A stretch of 63,609 bases of DNA from an uncultured bacterium (GCA_964356335.1 CAYHHI010000017.1:1-63609), one strand, 5' to 3'; shown: positions 1-8,892, numbered from the stretch's first letter. The notes: generated by a model from the letters alone, not told the origin. Numbers and translations: made by a program.

Positions 1-711
1 TTTCTTTTCGTCGGCCCTCTTCTCGATCTCCGAAGCAGGTTTCACCGCACCGGCCCCAGCAATCTTTGCCGCGGTAATGATCACGGGTTTCACAGGAACG
101 CCCTGGTACCCGCTCTTGGCGGCGACCTCGACGAGCGCAATCTTGTCAACTACATCCATACCCTCGGCGACCTTACCGAAGACGGCATAACCGTACTTGG
201 CCGGCTCTTCTCCCGTATGGTCAAGGCGCATGTTGTCAACGAGATTGATGAAGAAGTGGGAAGACCCGCTGTTTATGTCGCCGGTTCGGGCCATTGAAAG
301 CGTGCCCCGGAGGTTGCTCAGGCCGTTGGTGGCTTCATTCTTTATGCTGGGTTTCTGGGGCTTCTGCTTCATGTCCTCGGTAAAGCCGCCTGCCTGGAGC
401 ACGAAACCCTTCACCACCCTGTGGACGATGGTGCTGTCGTAGTACCCCTCGTTGACATACGAAAGGAAATTATCGACTGAAATCGGCGCCTTGTCCTTGA
501 AGAGCTCGATCTTGATGTTGCCGTAGGTGGTCTCGAGGACAACCATCGGGTTGGCTGTAACCTTCGGGCCGACCTTGGCCTCGATGGTGGCCTTTGGCTC
601 GGCGGGCGTGCCCTTAGGTGCCTGGTCGCCGCTGCCCGTCTGTGCTGCTGCGACGCTTGCCGTGATCAAGGGAAGCAGGATGCTGAGTGCAAAAAGCGCG
701 GTTACCTTCAT
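1..711 (-). CDS. ppiA: Cyclophilin-type peptidyl-prolyl cis-trans isomerase with N-terminal signal peptide (3' end runs off the window)
   Basis: Not in the ORF track; translated by hand from ATG at 711 (SD AAGGAGGGG): MKVTALFALSILLPLITASVAAAQ...VVLETTYGNIKIELFKDKAPISVDNFLSYVNEGYYDSTIVHRVVKGFVLQAGG...GTLSMART...FFINLVDN...YAVFGKVAEGMDVVDKIA. Confidence 0.93.
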   Translation of the reverse strand, partial: MKVTALFALSILLPLITASVAAAQTGSGDQAPKGTPAEPKATIEAKVGPKVTANPMVVLETTYGNIKIELFKDKAPISVDNFLSYVNEGYYDSTIVHRVVKGFVLQAGGFTEDMKQKPQKPSIKNEATNGLSNLRGTLSMARTGDINSGSSHFFINLVDNMRLDHTGEEPAKYGYAVFGKVAEGMDVVDKIALVEVAAKSGYQGVPVKPVIITAAKIAGAGAVKPASEIEKRADEKK

Positions 712-740
712 TTTCCCCTCCTTGTGAAACAAACCAAACA

Positions 741-769
741 ATTCTCATAGATTTGGGCACGAATGTCAA
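741..769 (-). promoter_or_regulatory. Sigma-70-type promoter for ppiA
   Basis: Minus strand TTGACA-17 nt-GAGAAT. Confidence 0.55.
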
Positions 770-943
770 GTTGTTTGAGGCGTTTCGGCTGTGCCGAAAC
801 GCCTTGCAGATGTTGGCTTTGAAGCTGTCCTCACGATGCTTGCATATGCGGACTCATACCCGTATGCTGTGAGAGAGAGGGGCAGCCGGCGGCAGCTTGG
901 CGGCGAACGTGAAAGGCCGGCACGACAGCAATGAGGAGATCTG

Positions 944-1390
944 ATGGCGGCAGGGAGTGAGACAGATGTTAGGTGTGCCTGTGGGCACACCTTCAAAGTC
1001 TGGATATGGCAGAGTGCCAATGTAACCCAGAAACCCGATCTCAAGAAGACCATTCTCGAAGGCAACATGAACGTCGTCAGGTGTCCCTCGTGCGGCGCAC
1101 GCTTTCATGTTGAAATACCTTTCCTCTATCATGACATGAAGCGAAAAGAATGGATCTGGGTCTATCCTGTGGGCTTTGGCGCTGATGCCGGCCATGTAAA
1201 TGACGAAGTTGAGGCAATGTGGGAGAAGATCACCGCCGCAATGCCCCCGGCCTTGAGAGAGACAATCGAGAGGAACTACAAGACCATGCTTGTCTTCGGC
1301 ATGGATGCTTTGGTTCACTACCTCAAGCACGAGCCCGCGAAAGAAGGTGGCTCGAGGGCCTCTGGGAATCAGAGCACCTTAGACCAGTGA
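944..1390 (+). CDS. CpXC-domain protein (putative metal-binding)
   Basis: CACGHTF...ANVTQKPDLKKTILEG...CPSCG...PFLYHD...IWVYP pattern of the CpXC family; SD GAGGAG upstream of the ATG. Confidence 0.8.
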   Translation: MAAGSETDVRCACGHTFKVWIWQSANVTQKPDLKKTILEGNMNVVRCPSCGARFHVEIPFLYHDMKRKEWIWVYPVGFGADAGHVNDEVEAMWEKITAAMPPALRETIERNYKTMLVFGMDALVHYLKHEPAKEGGSRASGNQSTLDQ

Positions 1391-1415
1391 GACCGGCCTG
1401 ATTCTCCTCATGGCT

Positions 1416-2492
1416 TCAATACTTGAGGAAGAGCCGTCCCCACTTGCCGGCGAGTGCCTTCTTGACTCTGCCTCTTCCGATGACATTGTACCAGTAGACA
1501 TCGTGGTAGATCACCGAAGCTGCGTAAGACCACGGTGTGATGGCAGTCCGCAGCAACATCTTCTCAAGGGGCTTCAGAGGGCCCCAGTAGATGGCCTTCT
1601 GACCACGACTTGCGAAGGTGCTGGTAGAGCACTTGAAACCGAAATTGATGCCGGAGATGTCTTCCCCGACTACTTCGATCTCTTTGGGATCGCCGCATCC
1701 GAGCCCGTGCTCATGAGCAAGCCTTATGAACTTGAGGCTCATGGGATCGAACCCCATTATCTTGGCTGATATGGCATCGATGGCGACCTGATCGCTTGAA
1801 GCAAGGATCAAGTCCTTCTCATATGGCCGCATGCACCTCGGGCCGGGTCCGTCGCCGGCGAAAGTCCCGTCCATGACTGCGAAAATGCCGGGATGGATCT
1901 CCTTTTGTATGGCGAGGAGATCCACCAGGGTCTCGTGTATCACGGAATGAGTCCAGTGCCGCTTTTCGTGAAGGAGGCCGCCGAAGGCGTTCTTCATGGC
2001 GCCCGTCATAGTCGTGAAGACGTGGGTCTTCATCGTGGGAAGATGGATCACATTGGAGCCGATCAAGCGCTTGGGTATATGGATTCCGTCGGGATAGATG
2101 GAATCGAGCACGAGCATCTTGTGCTTGGGCTCGTAGCGAACCCATTCCTCGCCTTCATAGAGGTGGATGTTTCTGATGCCGTACCTGTCGAGGACCTGCT
2201 TCTGCTTATTCGCCACCTCGCCTCTCTTGGCACTCACGACCACTGTCCGGTTGTGGGCGCCGTAGATCCTTTCCTTCGGGTATCCATCGGCGAGCATGGT
2301 CCTTATGACGCCTTCCAGCTGCCAGGGGGTTGTCGATGTCGCCGGGTACCAAAAATGCCAGGAGATGTTTATCTTGAGTGCCGTCTCCCCATCCTGCGGG
2401 ATTGCCTGCTTGTAGTCGGCCATATGCATCAGACGCGAGAAGTCTTCGAGAACGGTTTCGGGCTTTGTTCTAAGCACAGCGACCTTTGACAT
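1416..2492 (-). CDS. DUF362-domain protein
   Basis: LKINISWH, LPTMKTHVFTTMTGAMKNAFG, DGTFAGDGPGP and DQVAID motifs; ATG at 2492 with SD GAGGGAG (track start 2507). Confidence 0.85.
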   Translation of the reverse strand: MSKVAVLRTKPETVLEDFSRLMHMADYKQAIPQDGETALKINISWHFWYPATSTTPWQLEGVIRTMLADGYPKERIYGAHNRTVVVSAKRGEVANKQKQVLDRYGIRNIHLYEGEEWVRYEPKHKMLVLDSIYPDGIHIPKRLIGSNVIHLPTMKTHVFTTMTGAMKNAFGGLLHEKRHWTHSVIHETLVDLLAIQKEIHPGIFAVMDGTFAGDGPGPRCMRPYEKDLILASSDQVAIDAISAKIMGFDPMSLKFIRLAHEHGLGCGDPKEIEVVGEDISGINFGFKCSTSTFASRGQKAIYWGPLKPLEKMLLRTAITPWSYAASVIYHDVYWYNVIGRGRVKKALAGKWGRLFLKY

Positions 2493-2542
2493 CTGCTTCT
2501 CCCTCACTTTGGCTGAGAGTCAACAAGCCGGTATTCAGCAAA

Positions 2543-2631
2543 TGGTGCCGGAGGTCGGATTTGAACCGACACGAGCTTTAGGGCCCGGTGGATTTTGAGT
2601 CCACTGTGTCTGCCAGTTTCACCACTCCGGC
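2543..2631 (-). tRNA. tRNA-Leu(CAA), long variable arm, CCA encoded
   Basis: GCCGGAGTGGTGAAACTGGCAGACACAGTGGACT-CAA-AATCCAC...GGTTCAAATCCGACCTCCGGCACCA. Confidence 0.97.
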
Positions 2632-2640
2632 ACCCAGCAC

Positions 2641-2669
2641 ATAATATGGCCCGGTATCACGGGTGTCAA
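2641..2669 (-). promoter_or_regulatory. Sigma-70-type promoter for tRNA-Leu, probably also the DUF362 gene
   Basis: Minus strand TTGACA-17 nt-TATTAT directly upstream of the tRNA. Confidence 0.75.
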
Positions 2670-2776
2670 GGCGAAGAAACGGCGGAGGCTGCCGGGACGC
2701 TCGGTGAACTAAGGGCTTAGCACGAGTGGTGACATATGTCGGGCCTGAGGTAGCATCCTGCGTGTTCGGTTTAGTA

Positions 2777-2804
2777 TTGACTTTGGGTCAGGGTCTGCTA
2801 TATT
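2777..2804 (+). promoter_or_regulatory. Sigma-70-type promoter for tRNA-Ala
   Basis: TTGACT-16 nt-TATATT with TGn extended -10. Confidence 0.65.
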
Positions 2805-2831
2805 GGCTCAAAAGCAAGTCTGTACTTGGGT

Positions 2832-2907
2832 GGGGCTGTAGCTCAGTTGGGAGAGCATTTGTCTGGCAGACAAAGGGTCACGGGTTCGACTCCCGTCAGC
2901 TCCACCA
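2832..2907 (+). tRNA. tRNA-Ala(GGC), CCA encoded
   Basis: GGGGCTGTAGCTCAGTTGGGAGAGCATTTGTCT-GGC-AGACAAA...GGTTCGACTCCCGTCAGCTCCACCA; G3:U70 identity pair. Confidence 0.97.
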
Positions 2908-3130
2908 TGTTATTTCGCCTGATCATCTGGCCGGCAAGGCATTCCCTCGGAATCATTGCTGCACAGTTCATCTCTTGGGGAGAGTCTGCTCCCACGAAGC
3001 TTGACTATAAAGTTCGGGTGTGGCAATACTCACGATTGACGAATGCGGTGCTGTCGGGTGAAGCAGGAATTGGTTTTGCCTAATCTGGCGTTGGGGGTGT
3101 AGGCTCCATCCCCCCTGGGGGAGGGCATTG

Positions 3131-5083
3131 ATGGCAACGCGAGAAGTGCTGACTTCTTGCACGTGTGACTGCCCCGATACGTGCTCAATCATCGCCACAG
3201 TCTCAGATGACAGGGTCACACGCCTTAGAGGCAATCCTGACTTCAAGGTCACGAGGGGTTTCCTCTGCCGGAAGTCGCGCGGTTTCTTGAAGAGGCTCCT
3301 GAGCCCCGAGCGAGTGCTTTATCCCATGAGGCGAACCGGTCTCACCTGGAAGCGCATCACCTGGGATGAGGCTGCCGATCTCGTGGCTGACAGGACAGAC
3401 GCTGCCCTCAGGCAATACGGCCCGCTTTCGCTTTTCTATTTTCAGGAATCGGGTTCAATCTCTGCTCTGAAGCTTGTGAACCAGAGATTCTTCAACCTCC
3501 TCGGAGGCGCCACCTTCTCAAGCGGCTCGCTTTGCGGTGGTGCAGGGATAGCAGGTCAGACAAGCGATTTCGGCAAGAGGACAAGCCACGATCCCTTCGA
3601 TCTCTTGAATTCAAAGCTGATAATCATATGGGGGAGAAACCCCGCCTGGACCAATGTGCACCTCTTGCCCATTCTCCGTGCCGCCAGGCGCAACGGCACT
3701 CTGGTCGTTCTCATCGATCCCGTTAAGACGGCAACGAGCAGAGTGGTGGACATGCACATAGCGCCACGACCCGGGAGCGATTCCTTCCTTGCGCTGGGAA
3801 TCGCGAAACTGATCATAGCCGAAGGCAGCGTGAACGAAAGCGCGGTAAGGAGTTATACCAACGGCTACGATGACTTCATTGGTCTGGCTGAGCGCTTCGA
3901 TCTTAAAGATATATCTGAAGTGACTGGTGTAACACCCAAAGAAATCAGAGATTTAGCATGGCTATATGCGCGCACCATTCCGGCCGCGATTGTCACAGGG
4001 TGGGGTCTCCAGCGGCGGCGCAACGGTGCCAATATATGTCGGCTGATCGATGCGCTCGGGGCCCTCACGCGGAATATAGGTGTGAGGGGTGGTGGTGTGA
4101 GTCACGGCATGGATGAGACGCGGTGGTTCGACACACGGGTGTGCCTGCGCGACGCTGCCGCCGAACGGAGGGAGATACCCAAGCCTCAGACCGGCCGCGG
4201 TCTTCTGGCCGCGACCGATCCGCCTATTAAGATCGCCGTGGTATCGGGGGGGAATCCTGTGAATCAATGTCCCAACACGGACCTTGTCCGAGCGGGATTT
4301 GAGGCGGTGGAGTTCAAGGTGGTCCTGGACCTGTTCATGACAGACACTGCGAGGCTCGCTGACCTTGTGCTCCCCACAACCCATTTTCTCCAGGAACAGG
4401 ATGTGGTGGGCAGCTACTGGCACAACTATGTGATGCCCGTAAACGTTGCCCAGGCGAGGCTGGGAGAGGAGAAGACAGATCTTGAGATCTTCGCGCTGCT
4501 TGCAAAGAGGCTCGGCGTCGGATCGATGCTTCCGGATGATCACACCTATTGCCTCGACCGCGTCATTGCCCCGCTTAAGGCGGAGGGAATAACTCTGCCC
4601 CAGATTATGGGGGGCCCCCTTCGGCCCGCAAGTGCTGTCGATGTTCCATTCAAAGACAGGAAGTTTCAGACCGCCTCAGGCAAGTTTGAATTCGTGACCG
4701 CGATCCTTCCGACAGGAAGACCCGAGGTGACGCAGTATCCCTACTACCTTATGTCGCCGCATCCCAGAGATACGGTTCATTCCCAGCTTCCCGGCGAGTT
4801 CGAGGCGAGACTTCCCATAGCCCACATTTCGGCGTATTTGGCAGGGATACTCAGGGCAAGCAACGGCGACGAAGTCGTGGTCGAGACAGCCAAGGGCTCG
4901 CTCAAGTGTATCGCGAGTGTCGATGAGGCCGTCGGGCCACACATAGTGATGATCTACGAAGGATCGTGGGACGGGCTTGGCGGTTCGGTGAACCGCCTCA
5001 CATCCGACGAATTGAGCGACGACGGTCTGTGTGCTACATACAATGATGTGCTGTGCCGAATTCATAAGGTTGTGAAGACGTGA
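3131..5083 (+). CDS. Molybdopterin (Mo/W-bisPGD) oxidoreductase, DMSO reductase/MopB superfamily, cytoplasmic
   Basis: N-terminal CTCDCPDTC...GFLCRK Fe-S motif, IIWGRNP, IDP, TARLADLVLP, C-terminal VNRLT...YND; no Tat signal. Confidence 0.88.
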   Translation: MATREVLTSCTCDCPDTCSIIATVSDDRVTRLRGNPDFKVTRGFLCRKSRGFLKRLLSPERVLYPMRRTGLTWKRITWDEAADLVADRTDAALRQYGPLSLFYFQESGSISALKLVNQRFFNLLGGATFSSGSLCGGAGIAGQTSDFGKRTSHDPFDLLNSKLIIIWGRNPAWTNVHLLPILRAARRNGTLVVLIDPVKTATSRVVDMHIAPRPGSDSFLALGIAKLIIAEGSVNESAVRSYTNGYDDFIGLAERFDLKDISEVTGVTPKEIRDLAWLYARTIPAAIVTGWGLQRRRNGANICRLIDALGALTRNIGVRGGGVSHGMDETRWFDTRVCLRDAAAERREIPKPQTGRGLLAATDPPIKIAVVSGGNPVNQCPNTDLVRAGFEAVEFKVVLDLFMTDTARLADLVLPTTHFLQEQDVVGSYWHNYVMPVNVAQARLGEEKTDLEIFALLAKRLGVGSMLPDDHTYCLDRVIAPLKAEGITLPQIMGGPLRPASAVDVPFKDRKFQTASGKFEFVTAILPTGRPEVTQYPYYLMSPHPRDTVHSQLPGEFEARLPIAHISAYLAGILRASNGDEVVVETAKGSLKCIASVDEAVGPHIVMIYEGSWDGLGGSVNRLTSDELSDDGLCATYNDVLCRIHKVVKT

Positions 5084-5117
5084 TGAGGAGAGTACCGGAT
5101 CGTGTGGCGGTCACCCG

Positions 5118-7004
5118 GTGGCCGGCGCCGGTTCCAGGAATTTCATGGTACTCGATCGGAGAGGTGCCCAATTGCAGAAGCAGTCGGTAAGAGTCACCTT
5201 CAAGCCTGACTCCAAAGAGATCTGGGTCGTGTCGGGCTCCACAATAAAGGAAGCCCTCTTCGCCGCCTCGATTCCCATTTCGCTGCCCTGCGGGGGCCAT
5301 GGCAGATGCGGTAGGTGCCTCGTATTCGTCGAAGGCAGAGTATCGACGCCGGGTGAAGACGAGATCCGGAAAATCCCACCGCGCATGAAGAGTGCAAGGC
5401 TTGCGTGCCTGGCAAGGATTGAAGGGGACACCTTGGTAACGGTACCGCCCTCATCAAGAGTCGCAATTCAGAAAATCGCTGCCCGGGGTGTTACATCCGG
5501 GAAATATCGCTTCAAGCCGAACGTGATCAAGGTCTTCCTTGGCAAGATGAAGCCACCGGCGATGCGCACCCTTGAGAAAGACTATGGCATCCGGATTGAA
5601 GACATAGCCCTCAGCAGGATGACCGATCCGGATCTCATGGATACAGCGCTCCGGGTGGACCCCGAGTGGGGATTGGGGCTGCATTCCAATGCCACGGTCA
5701 TTGCCATGAAGAATGAGATAATCGGCTTCGAGGCTGGAGACACCTCCTCCGAATGTTACGGGGTCGCCCTTGACATCGGAACCAATACCGTTGTCTGCTC
5801 GCTTGTTGATCTCACCACCGGTAGGGAGCTGGGGGTCGCCTCCACAATCAATCCTCAGGTCATGCACGGGGACGATGTCATCTCTCGCATAAGGTTTGCG
5901 AAAACTTCGGGTGGGCTTGAGCTCCTGCGTCTTGAGATCGTAAACCTGATCAACGGTCTCGTTGAAGAGATCGCTCGAAGCCTCAAACTCGAAAGGAAGA
6001 GAATCTATCTATGCAGCGCCGTCGGCAACACCGCCATGCAGCACATTCTTGTGGGCGTCTCGCCGGTCGATTTGGGGAGAGCTCCTTACCGGGCGCGGAT
6101 CGTCTCGTCGGTTGAAACGCTTGCTTCCAGGGCCGGTATGAAAGCACATCCCGACTGCAGGCTGGTGATGCCGCCAGTGATAGGAGGATTCGTCGGGGGC
6201 GATTTGGTGGCTCTGATTGTGGCGCAATCACTCCACAAACGCAAGCGGCCCGTCATAGCGGTTGATCTTGGAACCAACGGCGAGATAGTGCTGGCATCGA
6301 ACGGCAAGATTGCGGCCTGCTCGACGGCTGCCGGTCCCGCATTCGAGGGAGAACGCATAAGTGCGGGCGTGAGAGCCATTGATGGTGCGATCGAGGACGT
6401 GCGGATCATGAGGAGGGGTGTGAGACTCAAATGCATAGGCGACGCAAGACCGGTCGGCCTATGCGGCTCGGGCCTCCTTGCGGCGGTGGCCGAGCTGGTG
6501 CGCGTCAAAGTAATCGATTCGACAGGCAGGATCCGGACGAAGGAAGAGATCGAGGATGCGATGCTTGCCAGGAGAGTGTTTGATGGCGAGCGAGGCCGTG
6601 AGTTCAGTGTGTGCCACAAGCCGTCAATCAGATTGAGGCAAGGCGACATAAGAGAGGTGCAGCTCGGTAAAGCAGCGATATGCGCAGGCATAAAAGTGCT
6701 ATCAAACGCTGTCGGGATTGGACTAGATGAGATAAGTGACATTCTTATTGCCGGCAGTTTCGGCTCTGCCCTGAAGCCTTCGAGCATAAGAGCGATAGGG
6801 CTTGTTCCGCATGTGATGAAGGCGAGGATCAGAGTGATAGGCAACTCGGCTATTGAAGGTGCAAAGATCCTGTTGACCTCACAGCAAGCAAGTGAGGAAG
6901 CAAAGGAGATTGCGGCTCGCGCTGAGCATGTCGAGCTCTTTTCACGCCCCGAATTCAAGGATGAGTTCTACGCCAGCATGGGTTTTCCGGAGCCCTCATC
7001 CTGA
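5118..7004 (+). CDS. 2Fe-2S ferredoxin plus ASKHA ATPase (DUF4445), RACo/RamA-like reductive activator of corrinoid proteins
   Basis: CGGHGRCGRC...RLAC; DIGTNTV; GDDVISRI; GGFVGGD; DLGTNGE; AAGPAFEG; GLCGSG; AGSFG. Confidence 0.9.
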   Translation: MAGAGSRNFMVLDRRGAQLQKQSVRVTFKPDSKEIWVVSGSTIKEALFAASIPISLPCGGHGRCGRCLVFVEGRVSTPGEDEIRKIPPRMKSARLACLARIEGDTLVTVPPSSRVAIQKIAARGVTSGKYRFKPNVIKVFLGKMKPPAMRTLEKDYGIRIEDIALSRMTDPDLMDTALRVDPEWGLGLHSNATVIAMKNEIIGFEAGDTSSECYGVALDIGTNTVVCSLVDLTTGRELGVASTINPQVMHGDDVISRIRFAKTSGGLELLRLEIVNLINGLVEEIARSLKLERKRIYLCSAVGNTAMQHILVGVSPVDLGRAPYRARIVSSVETLASRAGMKAHPDCRLVMPPVIGGFVGGDLVALIVAQSLHKRKRPVIAVDLGTNGEIVLASNGKIAACSTAAGPAFEGERISAGVRAIDGAIEDVRIMRRGVRLKCIGDARPVGLCGSGLLAAVAELVRVKVIDSTGRIRTKEEIEDAMLARRVFDGERGREFSVCHKPSIRLRQGDIREVQLGKAAICAGIKVLSNAVGIGLDEISDILIAGSFGSALKPSSIRAIGLVPHVMKARIRVIGNSAIEGAKILLTSQQASEEAKEIAARAEHVELFSRPEFKDEFYASMGFPEPSS

Positions 7005-7060
7005 CCCTCTCCCAGAGGGAGAGGGAAACCCGCCCTGATTGCTCTCAGCAAGGAGAGGGA
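6993..7060. repeat. BoxC-like palindromic intergenic repeat plus a degenerate second copy; possible terminator
   Basis: CCCTCATCCTGA-CCCTCTCCC-AGA-GGGAGAGGG (perfect 9-bp stem 7005-7025), followed by CCCGCCCTGATTGCTCTCAGCAAGGAGAGGGA. Confidence 0.6.
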
Positions 7061-7284
7061 ATAGGCAGGGGGAACAATGTGACAAGTGCGGAATTAGGCC
7101 CAGCCGAGTAAGGGTTTTCACCCAGACGAGGTCCCGAGAAGGCGCCGACCCCGGCGCCCGTTCTTGCTCCTTCTTCGTTGCGTTCATTTCGAACCATGCC
7201 ATAAATCCTTTACTTTCAATCCTCTGAGGCGCAAGGCGAATTGGTCGCCAGGCTCGCGGCGAGTCTTACCGCTTTGGGCCGTCC

Positions 7285-7301
7285 CTGGCATGTCAGTTGC
7301 A
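7285..7301 (+). promoter_or_regulatory. Sigma-54 (-24/-12) promoter
   Basis: CTGGCATGTCAGTTGCA matches YTGGCAYG-N4-TTGCW with exact GG-N10-GC spacing. Confidence 0.8.
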
Positions 7302-7325
7302 CCTTATGTTTACCGACAACTGAAT

Positions 7326-7457
7326 AGAAGTACAAATGGAGTTCCCTGCTATGCTCGTGACTTGCCAGGTCGTGGGCTGATCTCCTAAAAAAACGATCGA
7401 CGAGTTTCACGATTGCCTCGCGCACGGCATTTCAGTGGGGAACTCCATTTGTATTCT
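7326..7457 (+). ncRNA. Candidate structured RNA or leader: long rod-like inverted repeat
   Basis: Perfect 16-bp inverted repeat TACAAATGGAGTTCCC (7331-7346) / GGGAACTCCATTTGTA (7438-7453), with nested pairings ATGC/GCAT, CGTG/CACG, TCGTG/CACGA and GATC/GATC. Confidence 0.5.
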
Positions 7458-7469
7458 GGGACATTCCGA

Positions 7470-7499
7470 TTGACACCCCGCAAAGCAATCTGCTACCTT
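7470..7499 (+). promoter_or_regulatory. Sigma-70-type promoter for the BMC operon
   Basis: TTGACA-18 nt-TACCTT with TGn extended -10, 65 bp before pduL. Confidence 0.55.
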
Positions 7500-7564
7500 C
7501 TTCACTGGTCACACGAAGCGCCAGCCCGGCCCCGAGCGACCCTGGCCGTAGAGGTTCGAGTTCA

Positions 7565-8221
7565 ATGGAAGATCTTGATCTTGGCAGGCTTACCGATGAG
7601 GTCGCCAGACGGGTGCATGCGAGGATCATCTCCTCCGACCTTGAGGGCAGGATAGTCGTGCCTATCGGTGTATCTGCAAGGCACATGCACCTCACGCGCG
7701 AAGTGCTCGAGGGTCTTTTCGGCAAGGGACATGACCTCGGGGTGTCTCGGCCCTTGAGCCAGGGAGGTGAATTCGCCGCCGAGGAGACAGTCACGATCGT
7801 GGGATCGAACGGACGAGCAATCGAGAAGGTGAGAATCCTTGGCCCTCTGAGGCCATTTGCCCAGGCGGAGCTCGCAAGAAGCGACGGCTTGAGACTGGGG
7901 CTCGATCTTCCCGTTAGAAAAACCGGAGACCTGAATGGCACCCCTGGGCTCACAGTTGTCGGCCCGTGCGGCACCGTGGTCCTGAAGGAGGGAGCGATCC
8001 GCGCCACCCGGCACATCCACATGAGCCAAGATGATGCCGGAAGATTCGGCCTTCGGGATGGCCGGATTGTCAGGACAAGAGTCGCCGGCGTAAGGGCGGT
8101 CACTTTCGAGAACGTCGAGGTCAGGGTGGACGAGAGATTTATGCTTGACTTTCATATAGATACTGATGATGCTAACGCTTCCGGGGTGGATACGGGCTGT
8201 TTTGCTGAGGTTATTGTGTAG
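7565..8221 (+). CDS. pduL: PduL-type phosphate acyltransferase with N-terminal encapsulation peptide
   Basis: PIGVSARHMHL, LSQGGEFAA, VRILGPLR, RHIHMS, FHIDTDDANA. Confidence 0.95.
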   Translation: MEDLDLGRLTDEVARRVHARIISSDLEGRIVVPIGVSARHMHLTREVLEGLFGKGHDLGVSRPLSQGGEFAAEETVTIVGSNGRAIEKVRILGPLRPFAQAELARSDGLRLGLDLPVRKTGDLNGTPGLTVVGPCGTVVLKEGAIRATRHIHMSQDDAGRFGLRDGRIVRTRVAGVRAVTFENVEVRVDERFMLDFHIDTDDANASGVDTGCFAEVIV

Positions 8222-8240
8222 GACGAGGAGGTGATTCCCC

Positions 8241-8516
8241 TTGCCAGAAGCTCTTGGCAAGATAGAGACCAAGGGTTTTGTGGCAGCTGTTGAGGCTGCG
8301 GATGCGATGGTCAAGGCTGCCAAGGTTGAGCTCACCAAATATGAGAAGATAGGTGGCGGCTACGTCACGGTGCTGGTGCGCGGAGACGTCGGAGCGGTCT
8401 ATGCGGCTGTCGAGGCGGGTGCAAGAGCAGCCCAGAAGGTAGGTGAGCTTGTGAGCACCCACGTTATCCCGAGGCCCGACGAAGCCCTTGAAGATACGAT
8501 GCTGACCTCAGAATGA
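8241..8516 (+). CDS. BMC-H hexameric shell protein (EutM/PduA family)
   Basis: [26 protein letters not shown]...[18 protein letters not shown]...HVIPRP; TTG start with SD GAGGAGGTG. Confidence 0.96.
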   Translation: MPEALGKIETKGFVAAVEAADAMVKAAKVELTKYEKIGGGYVTVLVRGDVGAVYAAVEAGARAAQKVGELVSTHVIPRPDEALEDTMLTSE

Positions 8517-8577
8517 CGTCAATGAGATCAAACGGGACGATCACGAACACTATCACTAGGGAAGGGGGTTAGGTAAA

Positions 8578-8892
8578 TTGGTTGAAGCAGGAGACGGAAT
8601 TTACAGAGAAGCCCTAGGGCTGATAGAAACACGAGGCTTTGTGGCCATGGTTGAGGCCTCAGATGCCATGGTCAAGGCCGCCAAGGTCATTCTTGTCGGT
8701 TACGAGAAGATAGGTGGGGGCTACGTGACGGCGATCGTCAGGGGCGATGTGGCGGCGGTAAAGGCTGCAACCGAGGCCGGTGGGGCCTCAGCAAGCAAGG
8801 TCGGGGAGCTCGTATCCGTCCACGTCATCCCGAGACCCCATCCGAATCTTGAGGACGTGCTTCCAATAGGTAAGCTCCAGAAGTCGAAGTAG
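8578..8892 (+). CDS. BMC-H hexameric shell protein (EutM/PduA family)
   Basis: [24 protein letters not shown]...KIGGGYVT...[10 protein letters not shown]...HVIPRPH. Confidence 0.96.
   Translation: MVEAGDGIYREALGLIETRGFVAMVEASDAMVKAAKVILVGYEKIGGGYVTAIVRGDVAAVKAATEAGGASASKVGELVSVHVIPRPHPNLEDVLPIGKLQKSK

Noticed and set aside
2832-3130. tRNA-Ala or tRNA-Leu as a genomic-island integration site, and a Moco riboswitch before the Mo enzyme
   Set aside because: No integrase and no duplicated 3' end of these tRNAs found; only a short GGGGGTG/CATCCCC hairpin, not enough to call a riboswitch
3131-5083. Selenocysteine-containing formate dehydrogenase
   Set aside because: The ORF is uninterrupted, with Cys in SGSLCGGAG, no in-frame TGA and no FDH-type CH motif
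7326-7457. Retron msr/msd or cobalamin riboswitch as the identity of the long hairpin
   Set aside because: No reverse transcriptase in the window, and the conserved B12-box and multi-stem layout are not evident
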